Assembly (NCBI GenBank): GCA_963730185.1
Contig: CAVSQW010000006.1
Coordinates: 192,001 to 256,000 of the forward strand
DNA length: 64,000 bases
Direction: 5' to 3'
DNA from: an uncultured Gemmatimonadales bacterium
GTDB taxonomy: Bacteria > Gemmatimonadota > Gemmatimonadetes > Gemmatimonadales > GWC2-71-9
Position numbers and translations under genes: made by a program
Part shown: positions 19,387 through 30,671 of the stretch, one piece after another
Numbering within the stretch: position 1 is the stretch's first letter
Layout of the letters: every line of letters starts with the position of its first letter
Notes under the pieces: generated by a model
The model's input: the letters and a program-made list of their open reading frames with translations, nothing else
Told to the model about the DNA's origin: nothing
Database searches by the model: none

Positions 19387-19505
19387 GCGGCCGACTGTAA
19401 CACCCCTATACACTCTCGCCGATCTACGGTAGACTATCGGGTTGTCGCCCCCGCGCGGGCCGCCAACCAACCCGCCGGATTTCAGTCAACCCGGAGATCT
19501 TCCGC

Positions 19506-19973
<468 letters not shown>

Positions 19974-19983
19974 GGAGGCGGCC

Positions 19984-22338
19984 ATGACGACGCTCTTCGG
20001 TTCGGGTATCAAGCGCCGCGAGGATCCCCGTCTCCTCACCGGCCAGGGACTTTTCGTCGACGACCTCAAGCTCCCGGGGCTGACCTACGCGGCGGTGCTC
20101 CGGAGCCCCTACGCGCACGCCAAGATCCGCCGGGTGGACGTGAGCGCCGCCAAGGCGGCGGACGGCGTGGTCGCGGTGTTCACCGGGCAGGACCTGGCGG
20201 GCAAGGTGAACCCGGTGCCCTGCGCCTGGAACGTGCCCGGCTGCGATCTCAAGGTGCCGGCCCACCCCCTGCTGGCGGCCGACACGGTCCGCTACGTGGG
20301 CGACGGCGTGGCCCTGGTGATCGCCGAGTCGCGCGCGGCGGCCCGGGACGCGATCGACCTGATCGACGTCGACTACGATCCGCTCCCGGTGGTGGTGGAC
20401 CCCGAGAAGGCCACCGGTCCCGACGTGCCCAAGCTCCATGACGACGTGCCCAAGAACATCGCCTTCACCTGGACCGTCGCCGGCGGAGACGCCGACACGG
20501 CCTTCCGTGACGCCGAGGTGAAGGTCAAGCAGCGGATCGTCCAGCAGCGGCTCCTCCCTACCGCGATGGAGCCCCGGGCGGCCGTGGCCAGCTACAACTC
20601 AGGCACCGGCCAGCTGACCCTCTGGGCCACCAGCCAGAACCCGCACATCCACCGGTTCCTCTGCTCGGTGATGCTCAACCTGCCGGAGCACCGGATCCGG
20701 GTGATCTCGCCCGACGTGGGCGGCGGGTTCGGGAGCAAGATCCCGGCGTACGCCGACGAGGCCATGGTGGCCTGGGCGGCCATCCAGCTCGGCCGGCCGA
20801 TCAAGTGGACGGAGGACCGCTCGGAGAACTACAAGGCGACGATCCACGGCCGGGACCACGTGGAGCACGTCGAGATGTGCGGCACCAAGGACGGCACCAT
20901 CACCGGGCTCCGCACCAAGGTGTACGCCGGCCTCGGCGCCTACGCCTCGACCGCGGGTCCGGGCGTGCCGACCATCCTGCACGGCCTGATGTACTCCGGC
21001 GCCTACACCATTCCCAACATCCACGGGGTGATCTACGGCGTCTACACCAACACCACCCCGGTCGACGCCTACCGCGGGGCCGGCCGTCCCGAGGCGACCT
21101 TCCTGATCGAGCGGCTGGTCGACACCTACGCCCGCGAGATCGGGATGGACCCGGCCGAGGTCCGCCGGAAGAACCTGATCCCGAAGGAGAAGATGCCCTA
21201 CACCGTGGCCACCGGGATCACCTACGACTCCGGCGACTACCACACCGCGTTCGACAAGGCCCTCGGCCTGATCGATTACCAGGGCTTCCGAGCCGAGCAG
21301 GCCAAGGCCCGGCAGAAGGGGCGCTATCTCGGGATCGGGGTCTGCACCTACACCGAGATCTGCGGCCTCGGCCCCTCGCAGGTGGCGGGCGCGGTCGGGT
21401 TCGGCGGCGGGCTCTACGAGTCGGCCATCGTCCGGGTGTACCCCACCGGCGTGGTGCGGGTCTACATCGGCACCCGGCCGCATGGCCAGGGCGAGGAGAC
21501 GACCTTCGCGCAGGTGGTGGCCGACGAGTTCGGCGTGCCGGTGGAGAGCGTGGAGATCGTCGCGGGCGACACCGAGTCCACGCCCCAGGGGTGGGGCACC
21601 TATGGGAGCCGGACCACGGCGGTCGGCGGGTCGGCGGTCCGGCTGGCGGCCCGCAAGGTCAAGGAGAAGGCCAAGCTCCTGGCGGCCCACCTGCTCGAGG
21701 CGAGCGCCGACGACCTGGAATGGCAGGACGGCAAGTTCCAGGTCAAAGGATCGCCGGGTCAGGCCAAGGCCTTCGGCGAGCTGGCCCTGATGGCCAACGT
21801 CGCCTGGAACATGCCGGCGGGGATGGAGCCCGGACTCGAAGCCACCGCCTTCTTCGATCCCTCGAACTTCGTGTTCCCCTACGGCACCCACATCTCCACG
21901 GTCGAGGTCGACCCCGAGACCGGTGAGGTCTCGATCCTCCGCTACGTGGCGGTCGACGATTGCGGGCCCCACATCAATCCGATGATCGTCGAGGGACAGG
22001 TCCATGGCGGCGTGATCCAGGGCATCGGCGAGGCGCTCCAGGAGATCGCGATCTACAGCGACGACGGCCAGCTGGTGACCGGGACGATGATGGACTACGC
22101 GGTGCCCAAGGCCAGCCAGATGCCGCGGGTCGAGTCGCACTATACCTACACGCCGTCGCCGGTCAATCCGCTCGGGGTCAAGGGCATCGGCGAGGCCGGC
22201 ACCATCGCCTCGGCGCCCTGCATCGTGAACGCGGTCTGCGATGCGCTGGCGCCGCTCGGCATCACTCACATCGACAAACCGCTCACCCCGCAACGGGTCT
22301 GGGTGGCCATGCAGCAGGCGAAGGGAGGCGCCCGATGA
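19984..22338 (+). CDS. coxL: Molybdopterin large subunit, form II CoxL-like
   Basis: REDPRLLTG, GGGFGSK, active-site loop AYRGAGR, KGIGEAG. Confidence 0.85.
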   Translation: MTTLFGSGIKRREDPRLLTGQGLFVDDLKLPGLTYAAVLRSPYAHAKIRRVDVSAAKAADGVVAVFTGQDLAGKVNPVPCAWNVPGCDLKVPAHPLLAADTVRYVGDGVALVIAESRAAARDAIDLIDVDYDPLPVVVDPEKATGPDVPKLHDDVPKNIAFTWTVAGGDADTAFRDAEVKVKQRIVQQRLLPTAMEPRAAVASYNSGTGQLTLWATSQNPHIHRFLCSVMLNLPEHRIRVISPDVGGGFGSKIPAYADEAMVAWAAIQLGRPIKWTEDRSENYKATIHGRDHVEHVEMCGTKDGTITGLRTKVYAGLGAYASTAGPGVPTILHGLMYSGAYTIPNIHGVIYGVYTNTTPVDAYRGAGRPEATFLIERLVDTYAREIGMDPAEVRRKNLIPKEKMPYTVATGITYDSGDYHTAFDKALGLIDYQGFRAEQAKARQKGRYLGIGVCTYTEICGLGPSQVAGAVGFGGGLYESAIVRVYPTGVVRVYIGTRPHGQGEETTFAQVVADEFGVPVESVEIVAGDTESTPQGWGTYGSRTTAVGGSAVRLAARKVKEKAKLLAAHLLEASADDLEWQDGKFQVKGSPGQAKAFGELALMANVAWNMPAGMEPGLEATAFFDPSNFVFPYGTHISTVEVDPETGEVSILRYVAVDDCGPHINPMIVEGQVHGGVIQGIGEALQEIAIYSDDGQLVTGTMMDYAVPKASQMPRVESHYTYTPSPVNPLGVKGIGEAGTIASAPCIVNAVCDALAPLGITHIDKPLTPQRVWVAMQQAKGGAR

Positions 22339-23189
22339 TTCCGACCGGGTTCGAGTACGCCCGGGCGCGGTCGCTTCGCGACGCGCTCAACACCCTGGCG
22401 GCCGGCGACGGGGTGAAGGTCGTGGCCGGGGGCCACAGCCTGCTGCCCTTGATGCGGTTCCGGCTGGCCCAGCCGAGCAAGCTGGTGGACATCGGGCACC
22501 TGAACGAGCTCAAGGGAGTGGAAGCCAAGGGCCGGAAGGTCCGGATCGGCGCGGCCACGACCTATCGCGACCTGATCGAGTCGGAGGTCCTGGTGGCGCG
22601 GTATCCGCTGATCGTCGAGGCGGGCCTCTCGATCGGCGACCTCCAGGTCCGGAACCTGGGCACCATCGGCGGCGGCCTGGCCCACGCCGACCCGGCGTCC
22701 GACATGCCGGCGGTGATGCTGGCGCTCGGCGCCACCTTCAACCTCCGGTCCAAGGCCGGGAAGCGCGCGGTCGCGGCCAAAGATTTCTTCCAGGGCGCCT
22801 TCGCCACGGCCATGCGGGAGGACGAGCTCCTGATCGACATCGTGCTCCCCGCCCCGCCCGCCAAGGCCGGGATGGCCTACGTGAGCGTGGAGCAGCAGGC
22901 CTCGGGCTACGCCCTGGCCGGCGCGGCGGCCGTCGTAACCCGGAGCCGGAAGACGGTGAAGACCGCGGTGGTGGCCCTCACCGGGGTCACCGACCGGGCG
23001 GTGCTGGCGGACGTGGGCGGCGTGGTCGGCACCCACGCGGACGCCGCCGCGCTCGAGGCCGCCGTGCAGGACCTGACCCGGGGCCTCGACGTCAACGGCG
23101 ACATCCACGCCTCGGCCGAGTATCGGGCCCACCTGGCCCGGGTGGTGACGAAGCGGGCGCTCGCCACCGCCTACGGCAGGATCGGCTGA
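22335..23189 (+). CDS. coxM: FAD-binding medium subunit
   Basis: Motifs AGGHSLLP, QVRNLGTIGG, HADPASD. Confidence 0.9.
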   Translation: MIPTGFEYARARSLRDALNTLAAGDGVKVVAGGHSLLPLMRFRLAQPSKLVDIGHLNELKGVEAKGRKVRIGAATTYRDLIESEVLVARYPLIVEAGLSIGDLQVRNLGTIGGGLAHADPASDMPAVMLALGATFNLRSKAGKRAVAAKDFFQGAFATAMREDELLIDIVLPAPPAKAGMAYVSVEQQASGYALAGAAAVVTRSRKTVKTAVVALTGVTDRAVLADVGGVVGTHADAAALEAAVQDLTRGLDVNGDIHASAEYRAHLARVVTKRALATAYGRIG

Positions 23190-23791
23190 CGATCCACGCG
23201 CTGGTCCTGGCCGCCGGGGCCGGCGAGCGGTTCGGCGTCGGCGGCCAGAAACTCCTGGCCCCCTGGCGGGGCCTCCCGATCCTGGGCCACGTGCTCGCCA
23301 CCGTGGCCCGGGCTCGTGACGAGCGCCTGCTGGAGCGCTGCCTGGTGGTGCACGCCCCGGCCGCCGCCGGGATCCGCCGGTTGGCCCGGGAGATGGGCGC
23401 CATACCGGTCTTTTCGGTCCGGGCGGAGGAAGGCATCGCCGCCAGCCTCCGGGCCGGGATCGTGGCCCTCGCCCGGGACGACGCCGTCTTGATTCTCCTC
23501 GGCGACCAGCCGACCGTCCCGCTCGAGGCCATCCGCGCGCTGGCCGACGCCGCCCGTGACGACCCGGTACACGCGCTCCTCCGCCCCCGTTATCGTTCCG
23601 ACCCCGCCACGCCCGGCCACCCGGTGCTGGTGGGAAAGGCCCATTGGCCGCTGGCGGCGCAGCTCGCCGGCGATCGCGGCTTCGACCCGGTGATCCGGGC
23701 CGCCGGGCTCGACTGGCGACTGATCGACGTCGACGGCGCCAATCCGGACATCGATACCCCCGAGGATCTCCAACACCTGGAACGGATTTAG
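23186..23791 (+). CDS. Molybdenum cofactor cytidylyltransferase MocA-like (start uncertain)
   Basis: Motifs LAAGAGERFG, LGDQP, GHPV, GDRG, DIDTPED. Confidence 0.85.
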   Translation: MTIHALVLAAGAGERFGVGGQKLLAPWRGLPILGHVLATVARARDERLLERCLVVHAPAAAGIRRLAREMGAIPVFSVRAEEGIAASLRAGIVALARDDAVLILLGDQPTVPLEAIRALADAARDDPVHALLRPRYRSDPATPGHPVLVGKAHWPLAAQLAGDRGFDPVIRAAGLDWRLIDVDGANPDIDTPEDLQHLERI

Positions 23792-23792
23792 G

Positions 23793-24248
23793 ATGCGCCT
23801 CTCCTTCACCGGCTCTCCCGAAGTTCGGGCCGACGTAGCTACCGTGTGGTCGCGGCTGCTCGACGCCAAGTTCGTCGCCTCCACCGCACCCGCAATCGAG
23901 TCGGTCGAGGAGCTCGACCCCACCCACTTCAAGGCGGTGGCCGCCCTCGGCGTCGGCGCCTTGAAGCTCCGGTTCGCAATGACCGTGGAGCTCTTCGACC
24001 TGGTGGAACGGGAGAGCGCCCGGATGCGGGTCCGGGGCAAGGCGCCGGGCTCCATCCTCGACGCCACCACCTCGTTCCGCCTCGAGTCGCTCGGCCCCAA
24101 GCTGGTCCGGCTCCACTGGACCGCCGACGCCGACGTGGGCGGCACCGTGGCCAGCGTGGGGGCCCGCCTCCTGGAGGGCACCGCCCGGCGGCTGGCCGAG
24201 GAGTTCTGGCAGGACTTCGCCGATCAGGTGTCGGACCAGGGCGGCTGA
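23793..24248 (+). CDS. coxG: CoxG / SRPBCC protein
   Basis: VWSRLLD and VGGTVASVGARLL; cox gene context. Confidence 0.85.
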   Translation: MRLSFTGSPEVRADVATVWSRLLDAKFVASTAPAIESVEELDPTHFKAVAALGVGALKLRFAMTVELFDLVERESARMRVRGKAPGSILDATTSFRLESLGPKLVRLHWTADADVGGTVASVGARLLEGTARRLAEEFWQDFADQVSDQGG

Positions 24249-24250
24249 GG

Positions 24251-25147
24251 ATGACATCGCTCGACGACGTCGACGGCGTGGCCCGGGCATTCGAGGCGGC
24301 TCGCTACCTGGCCGACCCCGACCTCGCCACCTCGATCTATCTGAGCCTCCGGTTGGAGCGCCCCCTCTTCCTCGAGGGCGAAGCGGGCGTGGGCAAGACC
24401 GAAGTGGCCCGCACCCTGGCCGAGGTCACCGGCGGCGAGTTGATCCGGCTCCAGTGCTACGAAGGGATCGACGCCGCCACCGCCCTCTACGAGTGGGACT
24501 ATCCCCGTCAGATGCTCGAGATCCGGCTGCTGGAGGCGCGGGGCGAGAGCGGCTCCGCCAGCATGAAGAACATCTTCAGCCCCGAATTCCTCCTCCGGCG
24601 GCCGCTGCTCCGGGCGATCGAGAGCATCGAGGGACAGCCGCCGGTCCTCCTGATCGACGAGATCGACCGGGCCGACGAGGAGTTCGAGGCGCTTCTGCTC
24701 GAGCTGCTGGCCGACTTCGCCGTCACCGTACCGGAGATCGGCACCCTTCGGGCGCGGATCCGCCCCCGGGTGATCCTCACCAGCAACCGGACCCGCGAGG
24801 TGCACGACGCCCTCAAGCGACGCTGCCTCTACCACTGGATCGACTACCCCACCGCCGATCGCGAGCTGGCGATCCTCCAGGCCCGGCTGCCGGGCATCGG
24901 TCCCCGCCTGGCCGCCGGCGCCGTGACCTTCGTCCAGCGACTCCGGGGCACCGACCTGTCCAAGCTCCCCGGCGTGGCCGAGACGATCGACTGGGCCTCC
25001 GCCCTCGACGCGCTGGGCGCCGACGATCTCGACCCCGAGGTGGTGGACCGGACCCTGGGCGTGCTGCTCAAGTACCAGGAAGACGTGGCGCGGCTCAAGG
25101 GCGACGGCGTCCGAAGCCTGCTCGGGGAGGTGAAGGCGGGCCGGTGA
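24251..25147 (+). CDS. coxD: MoxR AAA+ ATPase
   Basis: Motifs LEGEAGVGKT, LIDEIDRADEEFE, TSNRTRE. Confidence 0.9.
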   Translation: MTSLDDVDGVARAFEAARYLADPDLATSIYLSLRLERPLFLEGEAGVGKTEVARTLAEVTGGELIRLQCYEGIDAATALYEWDYPRQMLEIRLLEARGESGSASMKNIFSPEFLLRRPLLRAIESIEGQPPVLLIDEIDRADEEFEALLLELLADFAVTVPEIGTLRARIRPRVILTSNRTREVHDALKRRCLYHWIDYPTADRELAILQARLPGIGPRLAAGAVTFVQRLRGTDLSKLPGVAETIDWASALDALGADDLDPEVVDRTLGVLLKYQEDVARLKGDGVRSLLGEVKAGR

Positions 25148-26331
25148 CCGACCTGGCCCTGGTCCGGAACGTCGTCGTCTTCGGCCGGTTGCTGCACCGG
25201 CTCGGACTCGGGGTCAGTCCCGACCAAACCCGGCTCTTCCTCCAGGCGCTCGAGACGATCGGCTTCGACCGCCAGCGCCAGGTGCGGGCCGCCGGCCGGG
25301 CGGTGTTCGTCCGGCGGCGGGAGGACCGGGAGCTTTTCGACCGGGCGTTCGCCCTCTTCTGGCGCCGCCACGCGCCGGCCGACGAGGGGCTCCTGCTGCC
25401 CCGGATCCGCCAGGACGACCGGAAGCCGCCGACCTATCCGGCCCCGGCCCCCCGCGCCTCGGAGGGCGAGGCAAAGGAGGCGCCGCCCCGCGACGCCCGG
25501 ACCCTGGCCAGCCACGTGGAGCGGATCAGGCACGCCGACTTCGCCACCCTGACCGCCGACGAGGCGAGGGACGCCTTGAGGCTGATCGCGACCCTCCGGC
25601 CGGCCCTCCCGCAACGCCCGTCGCGCCGCTGGCGGCCGGCGCGCCACCGGGGCCGCCGGCCGGCCCGGGCCCGCATCCTCCGGGGCGCCCTCGCGACCCT
25701 GGGCGAGCCGCTCCGCTGGCATTGGCTCGACCACCCGACTCGTCCCCGCCCGCTGGTGCTGGTGTGCGACATCAGCGGCTCGATGGAGCGCTACAGCCGG
25801 CTGATGCTCCGCTTCGCCCATGCGCTCGAGCAGTCCGGCGCGCCGGTCGAGGTCTTCGTCTTCGGGACCCGTCTCACCCGGATCACCCGCGAGCTCCGGG
25901 TCCGCGACGCCGACGCCGCCCTCAAGCGGGTGGGGTCCACGGTGACCGACTGGAACGGCGGCACCCGGATCGGGGGGAGCCTGGCCGAGCTCAACCGGCG
26001 GTGGGTCCGCCGGACCATCCGGAGCGGCGCGGTGGTCATGGTCTGCTCCGACGGCTGGGAGCGCGACGACCCCGCCCAACTGGGCCGGGAGATGGCCCGG
26101 CTCCGGCGGTCATGCTATCGTCTCTATTGGCTCGACCCGCTGGCCAGCCAGCCGGGATTCGTGCCGGAGGTGGCCGGTCTTCGGGCCGCGCTGCCGCACG
26201 TGGACGCCCTGATTCCCTGCGCCTCGGTGGCCTCGCTGGCCGATCTCGCCGCCCGCCTGGGACTCGGCGCCGAAGGTGGACTCGAACGACGGAGCCGGCC
26301 CGCCCGGCTCCCGGAGCGGATCGATGCGTGA
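25144..26331 (+). CDS. coxE: VWA domain CoxE-like protein
   Basis: MIDAS motifs DISGSM, GGTRIG, SDGW. Confidence 0.9.
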   Translation: MTDLALVRNVVVFGRLLHRLGLGVSPDQTRLFLQALETIGFDRQRQVRAAGRAVFVRRREDRELFDRAFALFWRRHAPADEGLLLPRIRQDDRKPPTYPAPAPRASEGEAKEAPPRDARTLASHVERIRHADFATLTADEARDALRLIATLRPALPQRPSRRWRPARHRGRRPARARILRGALATLGEPLRWHWLDHPTRPRPLVLVCDISGSMERYSRLMLRFAHALEQSGAPVEVFVFGTRLTRITRELRVRDADAALKRVGSTVTDWNGGTRIGGSLAELNRRWVRRTIRSGAVVMVCSDGWERDDPAQLGREMARLRRSCYRLYWLDPLASQPGFVPEVAGLRAALPHVDALIPCASVASLADLAARLGLGAEGGLERRSRPARLPERIDA

Positions 26332-27385
26332 GCTGGTGACGGAATACGAGCGGTTGAGCAAAGCCGGCCCGGTCGGGCGCGCGGTGGTGACCCAGGTCTG
26401 GGGATCCGCGCCCCGCGCCGAAGGGGCCGTGCTGCTGGCGACCCCCGACGCCCAGATGGCCGGCTCGGTCTCGGGCGGGTGCGTGGAGAACGCCGTGGTC
26501 GAGGAGGTCCGGGCGGCGATCGAGCGCGGCACGGCCAAGGCACTCGAATACGGCGTGACCCACGAGCGGGCCTGGGAGTTTGGCCTCTCCTGCGGCGGAA
26601 CCATCTCGCTCTTCGTGGAGCCCGCGGTCCGTCCCGAGATCCTCGACGCCGCGCGCCGGCGCGAAGCCAGCGTGGTCGCGACGATCATTGCCGGGCCGGC
26701 GCCGGTCGGCTGCTCCGTCGTCGTCCGCGAAGACGGGAGCCTCGAGAACCACGGCGTTCCGGCCCAGCTGCTCGACCCGATCGCCGAGCCGGCCCGGGGC
26801 GCCCTCGGAGGGATCGCCAGCGAGACGGTGACCATCACCCGGCCGGAAGGCGACGTCCGGGTGTTGATCGAGGTGTTCCCGCGCGAGCCCAGGCTGCTCG
26901 TCTTCGGCGGAGTCCACGTGGCCATGGAGCTGGTGCGGCTGGCCCAGCCGCTCGGGTTCCGGACCATCGTGGCCGACGGCCGCGAGCTGTTCCTGACCCG
27001 GGAGCGCTTTCCCGATGCCGACGAGCTCCTGGTCGGCTGGCCGGACGAGGTCTTCGCGAAAGTGGGCATCGACTCGGCCACCTGCATCGTGATCCTGACC
27101 CACGACCCCAAGTTCGACGAGCCGGCCTGCGACATCGCGCTCAAGTCGCCGGCGGCGTACGTGGGGGTGATCGGCTCGCGGAAGACCCAGGCGCTCCGCC
27201 GCGAGCGGCTGGTCAAGGCCGGCTTCTCCCCCGACGAGATCGCCCGGCTCCACGGACCGATCGGACTGGACCTCGGCGGGCGGGAGCCGGCCGAGATCGC
27301 GCTCGCGATTCTGGCCGAGATTACCGCCGTCAGGAACGGCGGGCGGGTGGTGCGGCCCCGGCCGGAGACGGTCGCGGCGTCCTGA
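26324..27385 (+). CDS. xdhC: XdhC/CoxF/CoxI family Moco insertion chaperone
   Basis: Motifs GSAPR, GSVSGGCVE, GLSCGG, THDPKFD, GPIGLDLG. Confidence 0.9.
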   Translation: MRELVTEYERLSKAGPVGRAVVTQVWGSAPRAEGAVLLATPDAQMAGSVSGGCVENAVVEEVRAAIERGTAKALEYGVTHERAWEFGLSCGGTISLFVEPAVRPEILDAARRREASVVATIIAGPAPVGCSVVVREDGSLENHGVPAQLLDPIAEPARGALGGIASETVTITRPEGDVRVLIEVFPREPRLLVFGGVHVAMELVRLAQPLGFRTIVADGRELFLTRERFPDADELLVGWPDEVFAKVGIDSATCIVILTHDPKFDEPACDIALKSPAAYVGVIGSRKTQALRRERLVKAGFSPDEIARLHGPIGLDLGGREPAEIALAILAEITAVRNGGRVVRPRPETVAAS

Positions 27386-27411
27386 TTCATCCTCACAACG
27401 GAGAACGACCG

Positions 27412-28854
27412 ATGCGTCGAGCCCTGATGTTCGCGCTGGTCGTGGCGTGCGCCCCGCTGGCTTCCGGGACCGCCCAGCTGGCCGATCACCCTCGGGTCCG
27501 CGAGGCCACCCATCTCCTGGCCAAGTGGCTGGACGCCCAGCGCGCCTACGAGCGGATCCCGGGCCTCTCGGCGGCGGTGCTGTCCGACCAGGAGGTCGTT
27601 TGGAAAGGCGGCTCCGGATACGCCGACCTGGCCACCCATCGTCCGGCCACGGCGGAGACCATCTACAGCATCTGCTCGATCTCGAAGCTCTTCACCAGCA
27701 TCGCCGTGATGCAGCTCCGCGACGAAGGCAAGCTCCGGCTCGACGACCCGGTGTCCAAGCACCTCTCGTGGTTCGACATCAAGCGGCGCCATCCGGAGTC
27801 GGGGCCGATCACCATCGAGGGGCTCCTGACCCACTCGTCGGGACTGCCCCGCGAAGCCGCCTATCCCTACTGGAGCGGCCCGGACTGGGTCTTCCCGACT
27901 CACGAACAGGTGGTCTCGGCCCTCTCCAGCGAGGAGACGCTCTACCCGACCGAGACCTTCTTCCAGTACTCCAACCTCGGGCTCACGCTGGCGGGCGAGA
28001 TCGTGGCGGCCGAGTCGGGCATGCCCTACGCCGACTATGTCACCGGCCACATCCTGAAGCCCCTCGGCCTGACCAGCACGACCCCCGAGATCCCGGTTTC
28101 CGAGCGGGGCGGCCGGATGGCGATCGGGTACGGCCCCTGGGAGCGCGAGGGTGACCGGAAGGTCCTGCCACCGTTCCAGGCCAAGGGCATCGCGCCGGCG
28201 GCGGGCTACGCCTCCACCGTGGAAGACCTGGCCCGGTTCGCCGCCTGGCAGTTCCGGCTGTTGAGCTACCAGTCGACCGAAGTGCTGGCCCCCAATACGC
28301 TCCGCGAGATGCAGCGGATCCACTTCGTGGACCCGAGCGGCTCGCCCACGTGGGGGCTGGGCTTCTCCGCGTGGAAGGTCGGGAAGGACAACTTCGTGGG
28401 TCACGGTGGGTCCTGCCCCGGCTATCAGACCCAGCTGACCCTCGAGCCCGAGGACCGGATCGCGGTGACGGTGATGACCAACGGGATCGACGCCCCGGCC
28501 GGCGGTCTGGCCCGCCAGGCCTACGCGATCATGGCGCCCGCGATCAAGGCGGCCCGCGACTCGACCCCGCCCAAACCGGCCGATCCGTCGTTGGCCGCCT
28601 ACACCGGGACCTACGATGAGGCCTGGGGTGGCGAAACGGAGATCTTCGTCTGGGAGGGAGGGCTGGCCGCGATCGGGTTCCCGACCGACCATCCGGTCGA
28701 CGGGATCACCAAGCTCCGGAAGGTGGGCGAGCACGCTTTTGCCCGGGTTCGGGACGACGGGAAGCTGGCCGAGCAGTGGACCTTCGATGTGGGCCCGGAC
28801 GGCCGGGCCACGGCGCTCCGCCGGAACTACAACGTGATCCCCAGGGTGCGTTAG
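27412..28854 (+). CDS. Secreted serine hydrolase (beta-lactamase class C-like)
   Basis: SxxK (SISK), LLTHSSG, YSN, HGG motifs. Confidence 0.9.
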   Translation: MRRALMFALVVACAPLASGTAQLADHPRVREATHLLAKWLDAQRAYERIPGLSAAVLSDQEVVWKGGSGYADLATHRPATAETIYSICSISKLFTSIAVMQLRDEGKLRLDDPVSKHLSWFDIKRRHPESGPITIEGLLTHSSGLPREAAYPYWSGPDWVFPTHEQVVSALSSEETLYPTETFFQYSNLGLTLAGEIVAAESGMPYADYVTGHILKPLGLTSTTPEIPVSERGGRMAIGYGPWEREGDRKVLPPFQAKGIAPAAGYASTVEDLARFAAWQFRLLSYQSTEVLAPNTLREMQRIHFVDPSGSPTWGLGFSAWKVGKDNFVGHGGSCPGYQTQLTLEPEDRIAVTVMTNGIDAPAGGLARQAYAIMAPAIKAARDSTPPKPADPSLAAYTGTYDEAWGGETEIFVWEGGLAAIGFPTDHPVDGITKLRKVGEHAFARVRDDGKLAEQWTFDVGPDGRATALRRNYNVIPRVR

Positions 28855-30638
28855 CGCCCCGGCTCCGCCCCGCGGCGCCGGACCAGGAGGACCCCGCTCG
28901 CGCTGGTGAGCCGAGCCCCGGCGGGCCGGCGCTCGCCGCTGGCCGCCTGGAACACCAACCGGAAGACGAGGTCGGCGCCGGCCGCGTCCACGACGATCGG
29001 TCCGGCCAGCTGACCGTCGCCCCGGCCGGTCGGCTCGCCGAACTGGACCAGGCTGTCGACCACGCGGCCGACCTCGAAGCTCGCGATCGAGTCGGCGCCC
29101 CGCCGGACCGTGACGGTCCGGAACGCCGTGTCGGCCTGGAGCGAGAGGGAGTCGAGTCCGAGCTGACGCCGAGTCCCCGCCGCCAGGTCGACCGGGTAGA
29201 GCCGCTCGAATCCCGCGACGTCCACGGCACGGGGCTCCGGTGACCCGACCCAGAGCAGGCCACCCAGGGCGCTCCCCGGCGCCACGTATTCGATCCCCAG
29301 CCGCTCGAGCGCGGCCCGGTCGGCGTCCGGCCCGACCCAGCGGCCCGAGCCTCCCCAGGCGACCAGCGAGTCTCGATCGAGGCCGGTGGCCCGGGCCACG
29401 GCCGGGACACCGTGCGTACCCCGGAGATAGCGAAGGATGGCGCTGGCCTCCGACTGGTCGTCCGTCGAGACGCCGCCCTCCGCTCCGGCAGTCCGAGTCG
29501 ACGCCAGAATCGCCTGGAACCGATGGACCTGGCTCCGGGTCGAGACCGAGAACGCGCTCCAGGGCCCGACCGAGGAGAGCAACGCCACGACTGCCAGGCT
29601 CCCGGGAATGACCTTGATGTTCCGAGACGCGCTGACCCCATAGTAGATCGCGAGCCCGATCATCCAGAGCCCGAGCACCACCAGGAAGTACCGCGGCTCG
29701 GTCACCCCGTATTGGCCGATCCGCTTGCCCGCGGCCATCAGCAGCATGCCGAGCGACGGGAGCAGGGCCACGAAGAACCAGCGGCCGTAGCCGTTCACCC
29801 AACGGCTGTCCTCCCGATCGCGGGCCGGATGCACCAGGAGCAGCGCCAGCACCCCCGCGGTCGACACGCTCGACACCAGCCATCCGATCCACCCGCTCGG
29901 CCAGGTGCGGGTGATGATCACCCGTCCCAGGTAGATCGTGAGAATGACGAGATAGACACTCACCAGCGGGATCAGCACGAACTGGGCGAACACCTTCAGG
30001 CCGAGCGGGTAGTCGTCGACCGTGTCCAGCCGGGCGAAGTCGCCGGGCACGCCGGCCAGCACGAACCATGGGTGCACCGCGAACGCCAGGATCACGAGCA
30101 GGTCGGGATAGAGCTCGCGGCGGACGTGAATCCCGAGCAGCCGCTCGATCGCCACCAGAGCGATCGCCAGCCCGCCCCAGAGCACCGTCGCGTAGACCGC
30201 GCCGATCAGAAAGCGGAGGAGGAGCGACCGATTGTACTGCCAGAACCCGGCGACCGACCCCGACCGAGCGTAGGGGAGCACCGCGACCAGCAGGTGGGCC
30301 GCGACGAGGAGCTGGGTGAACCGGAGGAACAGGAGCGGGTCCGGCCAGGAAAGGGCGGACCGGTAGAGCAGCACCAAGCCGACCAGCAGCGCGGGCTCGA
30401 TCGTCCACCGGACCGTCTGCCGGAGCCCGAGCCACTCGGCCGCGACCGAGGTGGCCGTGAAGAGGGGAACCCCGAGAACCGCCGTGCCGACCAGGGGGGC
30501 GACCCAGTCGTGCGGGGAAGCCTCGATCCCGGTGACCAGGCCGCCGGTGGCGACGAAGGCCGCCGCCAGCGCCAACGGAAAGCGGGCGGCGGCTTCACCT
30601 GCCCGACGGATGGCCGCCGCAACCGAGGGAAGACGCAT
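28851..30638 (-). CDS. DUF4153 family membrane protein
   Basis: Motifs FWQYN, LIPLVSVYLVIL, RIGQYGVTEPRY, GPWSAFSVS. Confidence 0.8.
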   Translation of the reverse strand: MRLPSVAAAIRRAGEAAARFPLALAAAFVATGGLVTGIEASPHDWVAPLVGTAVLGVPLFTATSVAAEWLGLRQTVRWTIEPALLVGLVLLYRSALSWPDPLLFLRFTQLLVAAHLLVAVLPYARSGSVAGFWQYNRSLLLRFLIGAVYATVLWGGLAIALVAIERLLGIHVRRELYPDLLVILAFAVHPWFVLAGVPGDFARLDTVDDYPLGLKVFAQFVLIPLVSVYLVILTIYLGRVIITRTWPSGWIGWLVSSVSTAGVLALLLVHPARDREDSRWVNGYGRWFFVALLPSLGMLLMAAGKRIGQYGVTEPRYFLVVLGLWMIGLAIYYGVSASRNIKVIPGSLAVVALLSSVGPWSAFSVSTRSQVHRFQAILASTRTAGAEGGVSTDDQSEASAILRYLRGTHGVPAVARATGLDRDSLVAWGGSGRWVGPDADRAALERLGIEYVAPGSALGGLLWVGSPEPRAVDVAGFERLYPVDLAAGTRRQLGLDSLSLQADTAFRTVTVRRGADSIASFEVGRVVDSLVQFGEPTGRGDGQLAGPIVVDAAGADLVFRLVFQAASGERRPAGARLTSASGVLLVRRRGAEPGR

Positions 30639-30671
30639 CGCCCGCTCCGCGAAGGAGGGAGGTGGAGCGAC

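Noticed and set aside
19984..22338. Bona fide aerobic CO dehydrogenase (form I)
   Set aside because: Lacks the Cu-binding AYxCSFR motif.
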